NCBI GenBank assembly: GCA_050175015.1
Contig: JBFXJJ010000004.1
Span: 128,001 to 192,000 of the forward strand
Length of the DNA: 64,000 nucleotides
Direction: 5' to 3'
Source: Alphaproteobacteria bacterium
Lineage (GTDB): Bacteria; Pseudomonadota; Alphaproteobacteria; JBFXJJ01
The notes under the pieces are model-generated. The model was not told where the DNA came from. It searched no databases and saw nothing but the letters and a program-made list of their open reading frames with translations. Positions 46,726-57,194 of the stretch are shown here, piece after piece (the stretch's first letter is position 1; each line of letters starts with the position of its first letter). Both the position numbers and the translations under genes were made by a program.

Positions 46726-47457
46726 CTAGTTTTCTAAGATATTCGGATAGTCAGAAAATACCGCCAAAGCTCCTAGACGCAATATTTCATAAGCTTGCTG
46801 TCTATCATTCACCGTATAAACCAAAGAATTCATACCATTATCATAAACGCTCATCAAAAAGTCTTCAGAAGCATCATTGACTGAGCAATGAATCGAAAAT
46901 GCTTTTAAATCACGAGCTGTTGCCAATGCTTTTTCTTTTTCCCCGTTTGTTAAAACACCAATCGCCGCATCACCAGACAGCGTCCTAATCGTTTTTAAGG
47001 ATTCTGTATTAAAACTAGAAAACAAAACCCTGCCATCTTTTTCAGCATTAAAAAACTTTGCCGCTTCAAATGCTTTTATTGCTGTTTTTTCTGCCAGTTC
47101 ACTACGACTCGGTTTAACTTCAATATTGACTTTCATCTTTTTTTCAAAAATAAGAGCTAAAACTTCTTCTAGCTTAGCTATTTTCTCTATATTTTTAATT
47201 TTTAACTGCGATAATTCCGAGAAAGTAAAATCATCTAAGCGACCAGAAAAACCAGACATTCTATCTAAAGTCTCATCGTGAAAAACCAAGGGAACACCAT
47301 CTTTAGACAGCATAACATCAAGCTCAACCCACTTAGCTCCATTTAGAGCCGCTTCCCTAAACGATGTTAATGTATTTTCAGGAAATTGCCCACTAAAGCC
47401 TCTATGTGCAACAACTTTGGCAGAGCTTAAGCTCTTAATCAGATATTCAGAAATCAT
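46726..47457 (-). CDS. Glycerophosphodiester phosphodiesterase (UgpQ-like)
   Basis: AHRG, PENT, ELDV, HD.TLDR, NIEVK, YTVN. Confidence 0.92.
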   Translation of the reverse strand: MISEYLIKSLSSAKVVAHRGFSGQFPENTLTSFREAALNGAKWVELDVMLSKDGVPLVFHDETLDRMSGFSGRLDDFTFSELSQLKIKNIEKIAKLEEVLALIFEKKMKVNIEVKPSRSELAEKTAIKAFEAAKFFNAEKDGRVLFSSFNTESLKTIRTLSGDAAIGVLTNGEKEKALATARDLKAFSIHCSVNDASEDFLMSVYDNGMNSLVYTVNDRQQAYEILRLGALAVFSDYPNILEN

Positions 47458-47491
47458 CTTTTTACTAACAAAAATGAGCTATAAAAAACAA

Positions 47492-47511
47492 AAACCGCCC
47501 AAAGGCGGTTT
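47492..47511 (-). terminator. Terminator after tRNA-Thr
   Basis: aaaccgcc-caaa-ggcggttt followed by a T tract on the minus strand. Confidence 0.75.
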
Positions 47512-47532
47512 GCTTCAAAGCGTTGATTTTAC

Positions 47533-47607
47533 TGGTGCCGCCGAGTAGAATTGAACTACCGACCCCACCCTTACCAAGGGTGTGCTCTACCCCTGAGCTA
47601 CGGCGGC
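47533..47607 (-). tRNA. tRNA-Thr (GGT)
   Basis: GCCGCCGTAGCTCAGGGGTAGAGCACACCCTTGGTAAGGGTG...GGCGGCACCA, 75 nt. Confidence 0.97.
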
Positions 47608-47697
47608 ACGTAAAAAGAAACATACAAAAGCATTTTAATTTTAGCAAGACTGTTTATTATATTATTTTACTTTTTTTATAAAAAGGACTTTATTAAT

Positions 47698-47838
47698 ATG
47701 CAAAAAACAGTCAAAAAGATACCTTCCAAAAAGGAAGAAAACACAAGGAAAGAAGCCGAAGCTCTTAAGAAAAACCTCTTAAAAAGAAAGCTTCAAGAAA
47801 AGAATAGAAAAAATAATTCAACAAGCGATAACAACTAG
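47698..47838 (+). CDS. Small basic protein upstream of murA (46 aa)
   Basis: AAAGGA RBS; MQKTVKKIPSKKEENTRKEAEALKKNLLKRKLQEKNRKNNSTSDNN. Confidence 0.6.
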   Translation: MQKTVKKIPSKKEENTRKEAEALKKNLLKRKLQEKNRKNNSTSDNN

Positions 47839-47846
47839 GATAAGTT

Positions 47847-49109
47847 ATGGATAAGATAAAAATCACTGGGGGAATCCCTTTAAAAGGACAAATAGCAATC
47901 AGCGGCGCTAAAAACGCAGCCCTACCGCTTATGGCGGCTTGCCTCCTCACTGATAAAAAGCTGCACCTTTCAAATGTCCCTGATTTGGCCGATATTAAAA
48001 CAATGAAATCTCTTTTGGCTCAACACGGTGTTGGCATTGAAGAAAAAGATGAAAATTCTATAACTTTGGAAGCAAAAAATATTACAAGCACCACAGCTCC
48101 CTATGATCTAGTAAGACAAATGAGAGCCTCTGTTCTAGTTTTAGGTCCTTTAGTTGCTAGAGAAAAAAAAGCCTTTGTATCCCTTCCTGGTGGTTGTGCT
48201 ATTGGAACTCGTCCGATTGATTTGCACCTTGATGCTTTAGAAAAGCTTGGAGCATCTATTGAGCTAAGTGAGGGATATATCAAAGCAGAAGCCCCTAATG
48301 GCTTAACTGGGGCCAAAATTATTTTTCCTAAAGTCACCGTTGGCGGAACAGAAAATATCCTTATGGCTGCGACTCTAGCCAAAGGAACAACAGTTATAAC
48401 TAATGCGGCTCAAGAGCCAGAAATAACTGACTTGGCTGACTGTTTAATTGCTATGGGAGCCAAAATCGAAGGCGCAGGAACGTCAACAATACGCGTTGAA
48501 GGCGTTGATTCTTTAGTGGAAGCTAGACATTCCGTAATATCAGACAGAATCGAAACGGCTACCTTTGCTATTGCTGCAGCAATAACTAGAGGCAGCATCG
48601 AACTTATAAGAGGCAGAACTGATATTATATCATCTCCAGCAATGCTCTTAACTGATTTAGGAGTTGCAATTGAAGAAACCGAAAAAGGCTTCAAAGTTGA
48701 TGCGGAAGACGCTGTATTAATCGGCTGTGATGTTATGACTGAGCCTTATCCAGGATTTCCAACCGATCTACAAGCTCAGATGATGGCTTTAATGGCAACA
48801 GCGCATGGGGCATCATTAATTACAGAAACTATCTTTGAAAATCGTTTTATGCACGTTCCCGAACTCGTAAGAATGGGAGCAAACATCAATATCCACGGCA
48901 GCTCTTCCGCTATCATAAGAGGCGTTAACCACCTCTCAGGAGCACAAGTTATGGCAACGGATCTGAGAGCTTCGGTATCTTTAGTCCTTGCTGGATTAGC
49001 AGCAAAAGGAGAAACCATTATAAACCGTGTCTATCACCTTGACCGCGGCTATGAAAAAATTGAGAAAAAACTAGCAAACTGCGGAGCGATAATCGAAAGA
49101 ATCAAGTAA
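47847..49109 (+). CDS. murA: UDP-N-acetylglucosamine 1-carboxyvinyltransferase
   Basis: [36 protein letters not shown]. Confidence 0.98.
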   Translation: MDKIKITGGIPLKGQIAISGAKNAALPLMAACLLTDKKLHLSNVPDLADIKTMKSLLAQHGVGIEEKDENSITLEAKNITSTTAPYDLVRQMRASVLVLGPLVAREKKAFVSLPGGCAIGTRPIDLHLDALEKLGASIELSEGYIKAEAPNGLTGAKIIFPKVTVGGTENILMAATLAKGTTVITNAAQEPEITDLADCLIAMGAKIEGAGTSTIRVEGVDSLVEARHSVISDRIETATFAIAAAITRGSIELIRGRTDIISSPAMLLTDLGVAIEETEKGFKVDAEDAVLIGCDVMTEPYPGFPTDLQAQMMALMATAHGASLITETIFENRFMHVPELVRMGANINIHGSSSAIIRGVNHLSGAQVMATDLRASVSLVLAGLAAKGETIINRVYHLDRGYEKIEKKLANCGAIIERIK

Positions 49110-49576
49110 TGCAGAAAATTATAGCGGTAACGCTTGGAGAGAATCCCAAAATACATCTAAAAGAACAGATTGAAAAAGAACGCTCTACCGCAATTTTTGA
49201 CTTGATATCCTCAAACCACTTTGAACCAATAGGTGATTTCAAAGGACCTTTTAAACTGCATCTTTTTAAAACCGAAAACCGTATTATTTTTGATATTATT
49301 GATAAAAATGACACGCCGCTTTTAACCGTCCCAATAGGCTTGTCCAACTTTAGGAACTTGATTAAAGACTACTTCATTGTCTGCGAAAGTTACTTTAAAT
49401 TTATGCCCAACACCCCCTGCTGCCAAATCGATGCTATTGATATGGGAAGACGAAGCATTCACAATGAAGCGGCTGAGCTTTTAAAGCAAAAACTAGAAGG
49501 CGTTATTGATATAGATGAGCAAACAGCTAGAGCTTTGTTCACTTTGGTTTGTGTCTTGCATTTAGACCGCTTCTAA
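49109..49576 (+). CDS. UPF0262 family protein
   Basis: ER..AIFDL, KDYF.VCESY, IDMGRR..HNE, TAR.LFTL.CVLH. Confidence 0.9.
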   Translation: MQKIIAVTLGENPKIHLKEQIEKERSTAIFDLISSNHFEPIGDFKGPFKLHLFKTENRIIFDIIDKNDTPLLTVPIGLSNFRNLIKDYFIVCESYFKFMPNTPCCQIDAIDMGRRSIHNEAAELLKQKLEGVIDIDEQTARALFTLVCVLHLDRF

Positions 49577-49617
49577 CCTATAGTATTTTTTAAATCATTA
49601 ACCTAAAAAGGCTTTCT

Positions 49618-50835
49618 ATGACTGAAAAATATTATGTTAATTCTGAAACAGGAAAACTAAAAAAAGTACTCTTACACCACCCAGACTTAAGCATCAAAAG
49701 ACTAACGCCTTCCAATTGCGAAGAACTTTTGTTTGATGGCGTCCTTTGGGCTCAAAAAGCTCGAGAGGAACACGATATTTTTGCCAACACACTTAAATCC
49801 AAAGGTGTTGAAGTCTTATTTTTAGGAGAGCTCTTAAAAGAAACTTTGGAAGTGCCTGAAGCTAGAAAATTCATTATGGAAAATGTCATTACTCCAAGAA
49901 GGCACGGATTGATTTTTGCAAAAGTTTTAAAAGACTATCTTGATAGTTTAACGGTCGAAGAACTTGCAATTAATCTTATCGGCGGGTTAACTAAGTCAGA
50001 GTTCAAGGCTGATATTAACGGTCTCTTAGCAGAAACTTTAAGACCAAATGATTTTGTATTACCATCATTACCTAATCATCTTTATACACGAGACACTTCC
50101 AGCTGGATTTATAACGGAGTTTCAATAAATCCTATGGCGATGCCAGCTAGACAACGCGAAAATATTCACTTGGCAGCTATCTATAAATATCACCCAGCTT
50201 TTGCCCAAAGCGATTTTAAATACTGGAACGCTCAAACTCCGATTGGAACTAATCAGGCTGCGATTGAAGGCGGCGATATTTTAGTCATTGGCAATGGAGC
50301 CGTTATGATTGGTATGGGGGAAAGAACAAGCCCTCAAGCAGTTGAAACCTTAGCCTTAAATTTATTCGAACAAAATGCCGCCAAATTGGTTATCGCTGTC
50401 CGTATGCCTCATAAAAGAGCCTTTATGCATCTTGATACCGTTATGACTATGGTAAATTATGACACCTTCTGTGCTTTCCCCAAAATCGAAGATATGGTTA
50501 CGACTTGGAATATAAGACCAGATGATAAAGGCGGCCTCCATATCGAAAAAGCTTTGGGGCTTTTTGAAGCTGCAGCCCAAGCACTTGGCATAAAAAAAAT
50601 AAATATAATCAAGACAATAGACGACGATTTTGTTGCAGAACGTGAACAATGGGACGATGGCAACAACCTGCTTGCTGTTAGTCCTGGTGTCGTTGTTGCA
50701 TACGATCGCAATACCGATATGAACAAAATTCTAAGACGTGAAGGAATTGAAGTTTTAGAGATCCCAGGGTCAGAGCTTGGTCGCGGACGCGGCGGAGCCA
50801 GGTGCATGAGCTGCCCATTGGTCAGAGAGGCTTAA
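49618..50835 (+). CDS. arcA: Arginine deiminase
   Basis: [35 protein letters not shown]. Confidence 0.96.
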   Translation: MTEKYYVNSETGKLKKVLLHHPDLSIKRLTPSNCEELLFDGVLWAQKAREEHDIFANTLKSKGVEVLFLGELLKETLEVPEARKFIMENVITPRRHGLIFAKVLKDYLDSLTVEELAINLIGGLTKSEFKADINGLLAETLRPNDFVLPSLPNHLYTRDTSSWIYNGVSINPMAMPARQRENIHLAAIYKYHPAFAQSDFKYWNAQTPIGTNQAAIEGGDILVIGNGAVMIGMGERTSPQAVETLALNLFEQNAAKLVIAVRMPHKRAFMHLDTVMTMVNYDTFCAFPKIEDMVTTWNIRPDDKGGLHIEKALGLFEAAAQALGIKKINIIKTIDDDFVAEREQWDDGNNLLAVSPGVVVAYDRNTDMNKILRREGIEVLEIPGSELGRGRGGARCMSCPLVREA

Positions 50836-51408
50836 AAGAGATTTAAGCGCTATGTTTTTGGCGGAGATATCTGATTCTTATTTTAAACCATTCTTTAAAA
50901 GCTGTTTTTCAAATTAATTTTACTTAAAAGATCGTTTTCTTTGTGCCATCTTGCTTTTTAACAAAAGCCAAGATATTTAGCATTCAATATCAAAAAAAAC
51001 TATCTCCAAAACCTATCAATCTTAAATTATAATGAAACATACGCTGTTCATTTGATTGCCTTAATTTTTTAAAACATACGTTTTGTTGTTTTAATAAAAT
51101 TTAATATTTTCAACGTGTTAGCATTTAAAACTCAAACATTTTCTTAAAAAAGCCTATCTAAGAAAATAAATTCTTAAATATCAAGCAAATACAAGCAAAT
51201 ATTAAACTTTAAGATTAAACAACTGCTGGCATAAAAAATTGCTGCCAATTAGTAAAATTCAGCATTCTTATTTTAAGAAAATCATTTTAAATCAAGCGCA
51301 TAAATACTATTGATAAAGTTAAAGATTAATTTATTATTGTTTTTATTCCGCCATCTTTTTTAACGGCAATAAAGTCACATAACGTCTAAAACATTATCCT
51401 CTGATTGT

Positions 51409-52377
51409 TCAGCCTTGAGACATTTCTCGCAAAACAGCAATCCTTTGTTCTATTGGGGGGTGCGTTGCCGTAAGCCCTGCCATTTTACTCATAAATCCTG
51501 CCATACTATGCTCGGCTAAAGGATTAGCAATACACAAAGCTCCAACATTAGGCATTGTATCCAAATTTTCTACTCTAGCGTCCTTTGCAATTTTCTCAAG
51601 AGCGGAAGCTAAAGCCTCAGGATATCTAGTCAAAAGAACAGCTGTCGCATCGGCTTGGAATTCACGCCTTCTTGAAAGCGCAAACCTTATTAAAGGCGCT
51701 ATTAAATAACCAAAAATCAAAAGAGCTATACCTATAAGCAGAATAAGAGCTTGAGCATCACCCTTTTTCTTGCCCGATGAACGAGAACCGCCGCCTCTGC
51801 GAGAACAGCTCCTAATTAAAATTTCACCTAGAAATGAAAACAGCCCTATTCCCAAAACAACTACCGTCATTAAGTAATTATCACGATTGCCGATATGCGA
51901 CATTTCGTGGGCTGCCACAGCTTCCAACTCACTTTTGTTAAGCTTAGCCACTATCCCCGTTGTAAAAGCGATTGCGGCATTTTCTGGCTTGGTGCCCACA
52001 GCAAAGGCATTTAAAGATTCATCTTCAATCAAATAAATTGAAGGACAAGGAAGACCTGCGGTGATTGCTAGATTTTCAACGATACTATACAGCTCAGGGG
52101 CAGCATTTTTAGTTATTTTCTTAGCTTTTGCCGAATTTAGAATAACGGATCCACCTTGATTTATGCTGAATAATATCCAAAAAAACCACGCTATTATAAA
52201 AATGCACCCAAAAAACAAAACTATTGATGCTTCTTTTTTAACAACCTCAATATCGTTAACAAGCAAATAGTAAACACCCAAGCCAGCTCCCAATAAAGCT
52301 AGCAGAACCACAGGAAACATTAAGATTATTAAAATAGTAAAACGACGATTGTTATCAATATTATTATAAACCGACAT
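51409..52377 (-). CDS. htpX: M48 family membrane zinc metalloprotease (HtpX-like)
   Basis: NAFA, AHEMSH, SRRREFQAD, THPP; downstream of lemA. Confidence 0.9.
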   Translation of the reverse strand: MSVYNNIDNNRRFTILIILMFPVVLLALLGAGLGVYYLLVNDIEVVKKEASIVLFFGCIFIIAWFFWILFSINQGGSVILNSAKAKKITKNAAPELYSIVENLAITAGLPCPSIYLIEDESLNAFAVGTKPENAAIAFTTGIVAKLNKSELEAVAAHEMSHIGNRDNYLMTVVVLGIGLFSFLGEILIRSCSRRGGGSRSSGKKKGDAQALILLIGIALLIFGYLIAPLIRFALSRRREFQADATAVLLTRYPEALASALEKIAKDARVENLDTMPNVGALCIANPLAEHSMAGFMSKMAGLTATHPPIEQRIAVLREMSQG

Positions 52378-52410
52378 AAGAATCTGAACCTTATAGCTTT
52401 TAGTGAATAG

Positions 52411-52968
52411 TTAGAAAGAAACTTTGACCGGCTTAGCTGCTTCAGATTTTTCAGTCTCATCTAATTCAAAAAACTGCTTCTTAGAAAATTTAAACCAACT
52501 AGCAATCAAATTTTTAGGAAAACTATCAATTCCAATATTTAAATCCCTGACTACGGAATTATAAAAACGCCGTGCGGCCTGAATTTTATCTTCGGTATCA
52601 GTAAGTTCTCTTTGCAGTTCTATAAAATTTTGATTTGCCTTTAAGTCTGGATAATTCTCAGATAAGGCAAAAATGCTTTTTAAAGTATGACCTAAAACAT
52701 TTTGATCAGCTGCCTGTTCTTCGGGAGTTCCCTGATTATTCATTGCCGAATTTCTTGCTTTAACAACAGCTTCTAACGTTTCTTTTTCATGCTTCATATA
52801 AGCTTTGGCTGTTTCTACTAAATTAGGGATTAAGTCATAACGGCGTTTCATCTGAACTTCGATATCACTCCAGCCTTCCTCACTTCTAGTTTTAAGACGA
52901 ATCAAGCTGTTATATGATAAAATTCCATAAAGCACGACTACAACTGCAATTATCAGCAAAACATTCAT
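52411..52968 (-). CDS. lemA: LemA family protein
   Basis: YNSL, KRRYDLIPNLV, ENYPDLKA, ARRFYN. Confidence 0.95.
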   Translation of the reverse strand: MNVLLIIAVVVVLYGILSYNSLIRLKTRSEEGWSDIEVQMKRRYDLIPNLVETAKAYMKHEKETLEAVVKARNSAMNNQGTPEEQAADQNVLGHTLKSIFALSENYPDLKANQNFIELQRELTDTEDKIQAARRFYNSVVRDLNIGIDSFPKNLIASWFKFSKKQFFELDETEKSEAAKPVKVSF

Positions 52969-53134
52969 TCTACAATCTCCTCAAAATTAAAATGAGCCAG
53001 AATTTTAACACAGCAATTAGTCTTCTTCTAATTTATTTGCTTTATGTGTAAAACTTTTAAAAGTTTAATTGCAAGCACCTCTAGTTTGCTTTATCATTTC
53101 TCATCTAAAAAATAATAATTATAAGGATTTTTTT

Positions 53135-54160
53135 ATGGAATACTTGAAACCAACTTTTAATAAAGAATTAAAGCAAAGCTTTGATAAAAAAACAAAAAAA
53201 GTTTCCTATTCTGAAGAACCTGTTTTACCGTTTAAACTCGTAGGCAAAGAAGAAGACCACCCTAGACTTATCCGTATTCTTAACAGACTTTGCAAAAGTG
53301 AATTTGGTTACGAACAAGCAAAAACAGCTTGCGAAGCAGGTTTTACTCTTGGCTTTGCATCAACTTCTGGTGCAATTGGAGTTTGCGACCAAGCTGGTTC
53401 TTTTATTACCTTAAATCCTCGTTTCAGTGATGATGTTTTAGTCGGTACATTGTCTCATGAATCACGCCATGCTGGTCAGTTTGCTCGCGGCGGCAATGAG
53501 CTTTTTGGCATTGATAACATTAAATCAGAAATAATTAAATTCCGCTCTATGGAAGCCGATGCCGAAGTTTCTAATGTAACTGCCTGTTATGAACTTTATC
53601 AGCAAGGTGATACCAAACCTTATTTAGAATACGGCAAAAAGAACCCTTATATATACAACGCTTTCAAACAAGCCCAACCCAAAGATGAACCGGTTACAAA
53701 AGAAGCTCAAACCGCTGCTTTCAAGGCTTGGTATGATAATCTTGATACAAAATATTCTTATGAAAAAGGCTATCATGTTGACCATATGAAAAAGGCTTTA
53801 GCTGAAGAAAAATCTGATAAATATCCTTATTCTAATAACATTACATCAGAACAACAGATTAACCAAACCTGTGTAACCAAAAATGGCTGCTACTTTACTG
53901 ATAATAAAAACCTTCTTGAAACAGGTAAATTCTTAGAAATCTCAGATACGTCTAGATCTGTATTCGAAAATTTCTTTATTTACCGTCAACAACACTTCGG
54001 TTTGCCTATGGACGAAACCTTAAAAGATATACCAATTCAAAGAAGTCGGTTTCTTATGCCAGAAATAATCTTTGACGCTTTTAAAGCTAATGACAACAAA
54101 GATATTCCTACAATTACAGTTAACAAACTTAAACAAATGACAAATAGAGGATCAAGATAA
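53135..54160 (+). CDS. Putative zinc metallopeptidase (HExxH; DUF6782-like) with basic C-terminal tail
   Basis: AAGGA RBS before ATG 53135; TLSHESRHAGQ and downstream EADA. Confidence 0.7.
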   Translation: MEYLKPTFNKELKQSFDKKTKKVSYSEEPVLPFKLVGKEEDHPRLIRILNRLCKSEFGYEQAKTACEAGFTLGFASTSGAIGVCDQAGSFITLNPRFSDDVLVGTLSHESRHAGQFARGGNELFGIDNIKSEIIKFRSMEADAEVSNVTACYELYQQGDTKPYLEYGKKNPYIYNAFKQAQPKDEPVTKEAQTAAFKAWYDNLDTKYSYEKGYHVDHMKKALAEEKSDKYPYSNNITSEQQINQTCVTKNGCYFTDNKNLLETGKFLEISDTSRSVFENFFIYRQQHFGLPMDETLKDIPIQRSRFLMPEIIFDAFKANDNKDIPTITVNKLKQMTNRGSR

Positions 54161-54162
54161 AA

Positions 54163-54774
54163 ATGGAATCTTGGAAACGTATCGATAAAAAAGACTTAGA
54201 ACCAATTATCAACGCTATTAACAAAGAGGAAGGTTTCGATCTTTATAGTTTAGAAACATCTTCAGCCAAACAAGCTGCTATGCCTTTTTATAAAACGCTT
54301 AGTATGCTTGAAATTACTGATTTTGCCTCTATTCCGCCTCTGACTATGCGTTTTTTCATCAATAACAGCAACGCAGCATCATCTATCTTAAAATTAGATG
54401 GTTCGAAAGAAGCTTTATTAGAGATAAACAAAGTTGAAAGACCAACTTTAGATGAAAGCAATATTGTTGCTTACGCTAAATTTGCCTTAGGAACAGTTAT
54501 GGGTGAAGAAGGAACTTTTAGACTGGTTGAAAATATGGGTGATATTGAATATTCAAGAGATCCATCTGAGAAAGAGCAGAAGATGCTTTTAGCGGTTATT
54601 AAACCTGCCCGCATTGCTAAAGTTGATGACGGGTATTCCCTTGATGCCAATGTTCTTTACTCTGATTGTGTTTATAGAGCTATTATTTCTGTAACCAGTG
54701 ATGGCACCGTAGATATTCAAGAAGAGAAAACTATGTTGAATGATATGCCAACAAGACAAATTATGCTTTTATAA
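54163..54774 (+). CDS. Hypothetical protein
   Basis: 203-aa ORF starting 2 nt after the peptidase stop; normal codon usage. Confidence 0.8.
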   Translation: MESWKRIDKKDLEPIINAINKEEGFDLYSLETSSAKQAAMPFYKTLSMLEITDFASIPPLTMRFFINNSNAASSILKLDGSKEALLEINKVERPTLDESNIVAYAKFALGTVMGEEGTFRLVENMGDIEYSRDPSEKEQKMLLAVIKPARIAKVDDGYSLDANVLYSDCVYRAIISVTSDGTVDIQEEKTMLNDMPTRQIMLL

Positions 54775-54795
54775 TATTTTAAAAGAAGAAACATT

Positions 54796-55986
54796 ATGCT
54801 AACTCCTAAATTTGAGGAACACCTAAAAAAACAAATAGCCGATTTAAAAGAAAGCGGTTTATTTAAAAATGAAAGAACCATAACTTCGCAGCAAAGCGCT
54901 GTTGTAAAATTAGATAATGGCTCTGAGGTCATAAATTTTTGTGCCAACAACTATTTAGGATTAGCAAATAATATTGAACTGATAACATCTGCCCAGAATG
55001 CTTTAGCTAAAAATGGCTATGGATTAGCTTCTGTTAGATTCATCTGCGGCACAACCGATGTTCATAAAGAACTTGAAAAAACTATAAGCCGTTTTCTTGG
55101 TAAAGAAGACACTATCTTATATTCATCTTGCTTTGACGCTAATGGCGGACTGTTTGAAGCTTTATTATCGGAAGAAGATGCAATCATAAGCGATGCACTA
55201 AATCATGCCAGCATTATCGATGGCGTAAGATTGTGCAAAGCAAAACGTTTCCGTTATGCTAACAACAATATGGAAGAACTCGAAGAATGTCTTAAAGATG
55301 CTGCAGAGTGCCGTTTTAAAGTCATTGCTACTGATGGTGTTTTTTCTATGGACGGCGTTATCGCAAATTTGCCAGCTATTTGTGACTTAGCAGAGAAATA
55401 TGATGCTATAGTAATGGTTGATGATTCTCACGCCGTAGGCTTTATGGGCAAAAATGGTCGAGGAACTCCTGAATATTGTAATGTTGAATCTCGAGTAGAT
55501 ATAATAACAGGAACACTGGGCAAAGCATTAGGTGGGGCATCTGGCGGATATACTTCAGGAAGCAAAGACATTGTTACATGGCTAAGACAGCGTTCGAGAC
55601 CTTACCTTTTCTCAAACACTTTAGCTCCAGCCATCACCCAAACATCTATTGATGTTATTAAAATATTAGAAAAAAGTTCTGATCTAAGGGTTAAACTCCA
55701 CGAAAACAGTGAATATTTTAGAAACAATATGACTAAGCTTGGTTTCAAATTAGCAGGCAGTGGGCACCCCATTATTCCAGTTATGGTTGGTGATGCTGTT
55801 CTTGCAGGCAAGATGGCAGATAAAATGCTGCAACAAGGCATTTATGTTGTTGCTTTTTCTTATCCTGTTGTTCCTAAAGGACTTGCTAGAATACGGACGC
55901 AAATGTCGGCAGCTCATACTAAAGAACATCTAGACAAAGCTATAAACGCTTTTGAAATCGCAGGCAAAGAGCTAAAAATCATTTAA
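54796..55986 (+). CDS. kbl: Glycine C-acetyltransferase (2-amino-3-ketobutyrate CoA ligase)
   Basis: [41 protein letters not shown]; adjacent to tdh. Confidence 0.96.
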   Translation: MLTPKFEEHLKKQIADLKESGLFKNERTITSQQSAVVKLDNGSEVINFCANNYLGLANNIELITSAQNALAKNGYGLASVRFICGTTDVHKELEKTISRFLGKEDTILYSSCFDANGGLFEALLSEEDAIISDALNHASIIDGVRLCKAKRFRYANNNMEELEECLKDAAECRFKVIATDGVFSMDGVIANLPAICDLAEKYDAIVMVDDSHAVGFMGKNGRGTPEYCNVESRVDIITGTLGKALGGASGGYTSGSKDIVTWLRQRSRPYLFSNTLAPAITQTSIDVIKILEKSSDLRVKLHENSEYFRNNMTKLGFKLAGSGHPIIPVMVGDAVLAGKMADKMLQQGIYVVAFSYPVVPKGLARIRTQMSAAHTKEHLDKAINAFEIAGKELKII

Positions 55987-56035
55987 AAAAATCAACGGTC
56001 TTTTTTTATCATCTATTATTTTATGGTCAAAAATT

Positions 56036-57061
56036 ATGAAGGCACTTGTAAAGAGATACCCTGAGATGGGGTTAAATATGGAAGATGTTCCGATGCCAAC
56101 AATCGGCGCGAATGACATCTTAGTAAAAATTAGAAAAACAGCTATTTGCGGAACCGATGTCCATATTTATAATTGGGACGAATGGTCACAAAAAACGATA
56201 CCTATTCCAATGACAATCGGACACGAATTTGCAGGCGACGTCGTTGAGATTGGAAGTGAAGTAACGGGCATAAAAATAGGTGACCGTGTTTCTGGTGAAG
56301 GTCATATAACTTGCGGTCATTGCCGTAACTGCAAAGCGGGCAAACGTCATCTATGCCGTAATACCATAGGTGTCGGAGTAAATCGTACAGGCTGTTTTGG
56401 AGAATACTTGTCCCTGCCTGCAACGAATGCTTTCGTTCTTCCTAAAGAAATCAGTTATGAAATGGGAAGTATATTAGACCCATTAGGAAATGCTGTTCAT
56501 ACAGCCTTGTCTTTTGATTTAGTTGGAGAAGATGTCTTAATAACTGGAGCTGGTCCTATCGGCATAATGGCTGTTGCAATTGCACAATTTGCTGGCGCCA
56601 GATATGTTGCCATAACCGATGTTAATGAATACCGCTTAGACTTAGCTCGTAAGATGGGAGCAACTAAAGCCATAAATATATCGCAGGGCTCAATTCCTGA
56701 CTGTATGAAAGAGCTTGGAATGACCGAGGGCTTTGATGTCGGGCTTGAAATGTCAGGCAATGCTGGCGCTTTAAAAGAGCTTTTACAAAATATGAATTAT
56801 GGCGGCAGAGTAGCCTTACTCGGAATTTTCCCTGATGATGTAAAAATGAACTTAAGTCACGTTATTTTTAAAGGATTATTCCTTAAAGGGATTTATGGCA
56901 GAGAAATGTTTGAAACTTGGTACAAAACGTCTTCAATGCTTCAGAGCGGTCTTAAAATATCTGATATTATAACCCATCGTTTTAAAATTGATGATTTTGA
57001 AAAAGGTTTTCAAACTATGAAATCAGGTCAATCAGGCAAAGTAATTTTAGATTGGGATTAA
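56036..57061 (+). CDS. tdh: L-threonine 3-dehydrogenase
   Basis: [33 protein letters not shown]. Confidence 0.96.
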   Translation: MKALVKRYPEMGLNMEDVPMPTIGANDILVKIRKTAICGTDVHIYNWDEWSQKTIPIPMTIGHEFAGDVVEIGSEVTGIKIGDRVSGEGHITCGHCRNCKAGKRHLCRNTIGVGVNRTGCFGEYLSLPATNAFVLPKEISYEMGSILDPLGNAVHTALSFDLVGEDVLITGAGPIGIMAVAIAQFAGARYVAITDVNEYRLDLARKMGATKAINISQGSIPDCMKELGMTEGFDVGLEMSGNAGALKELLQNMNYGGRVALLGIFPDDVKMNLSHVIFKGLFLKGIYGREMFETWYKTSSMLQSGLKISDIITHRFKIDDFEKGFQTMKSGQSGKVILDWD

Positions 57062-57194
57062 TTCTTTCTAAAATATGTATTAGCTTTGGCTTCTAGTCTT
57101 ATGCTGTTGTTTTGCCTTTTTGTTAAGCCTTAATATATATGTTTTTATTTTTATAAAAGCGAAGAAACAAATTTTTGCGATATGATTAAAAGCC

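Noticed and set aside
47512-47533. Sequence 3-prime of tRNA-Thr as a possible integration-site remnant
   Set aside because: No duplicated tRNA 3-prime end and no integrase in the window
47465-47647. 60-aa minus-strand ORF
   Set aside because: Overlaps tRNA-Thr and its terminator
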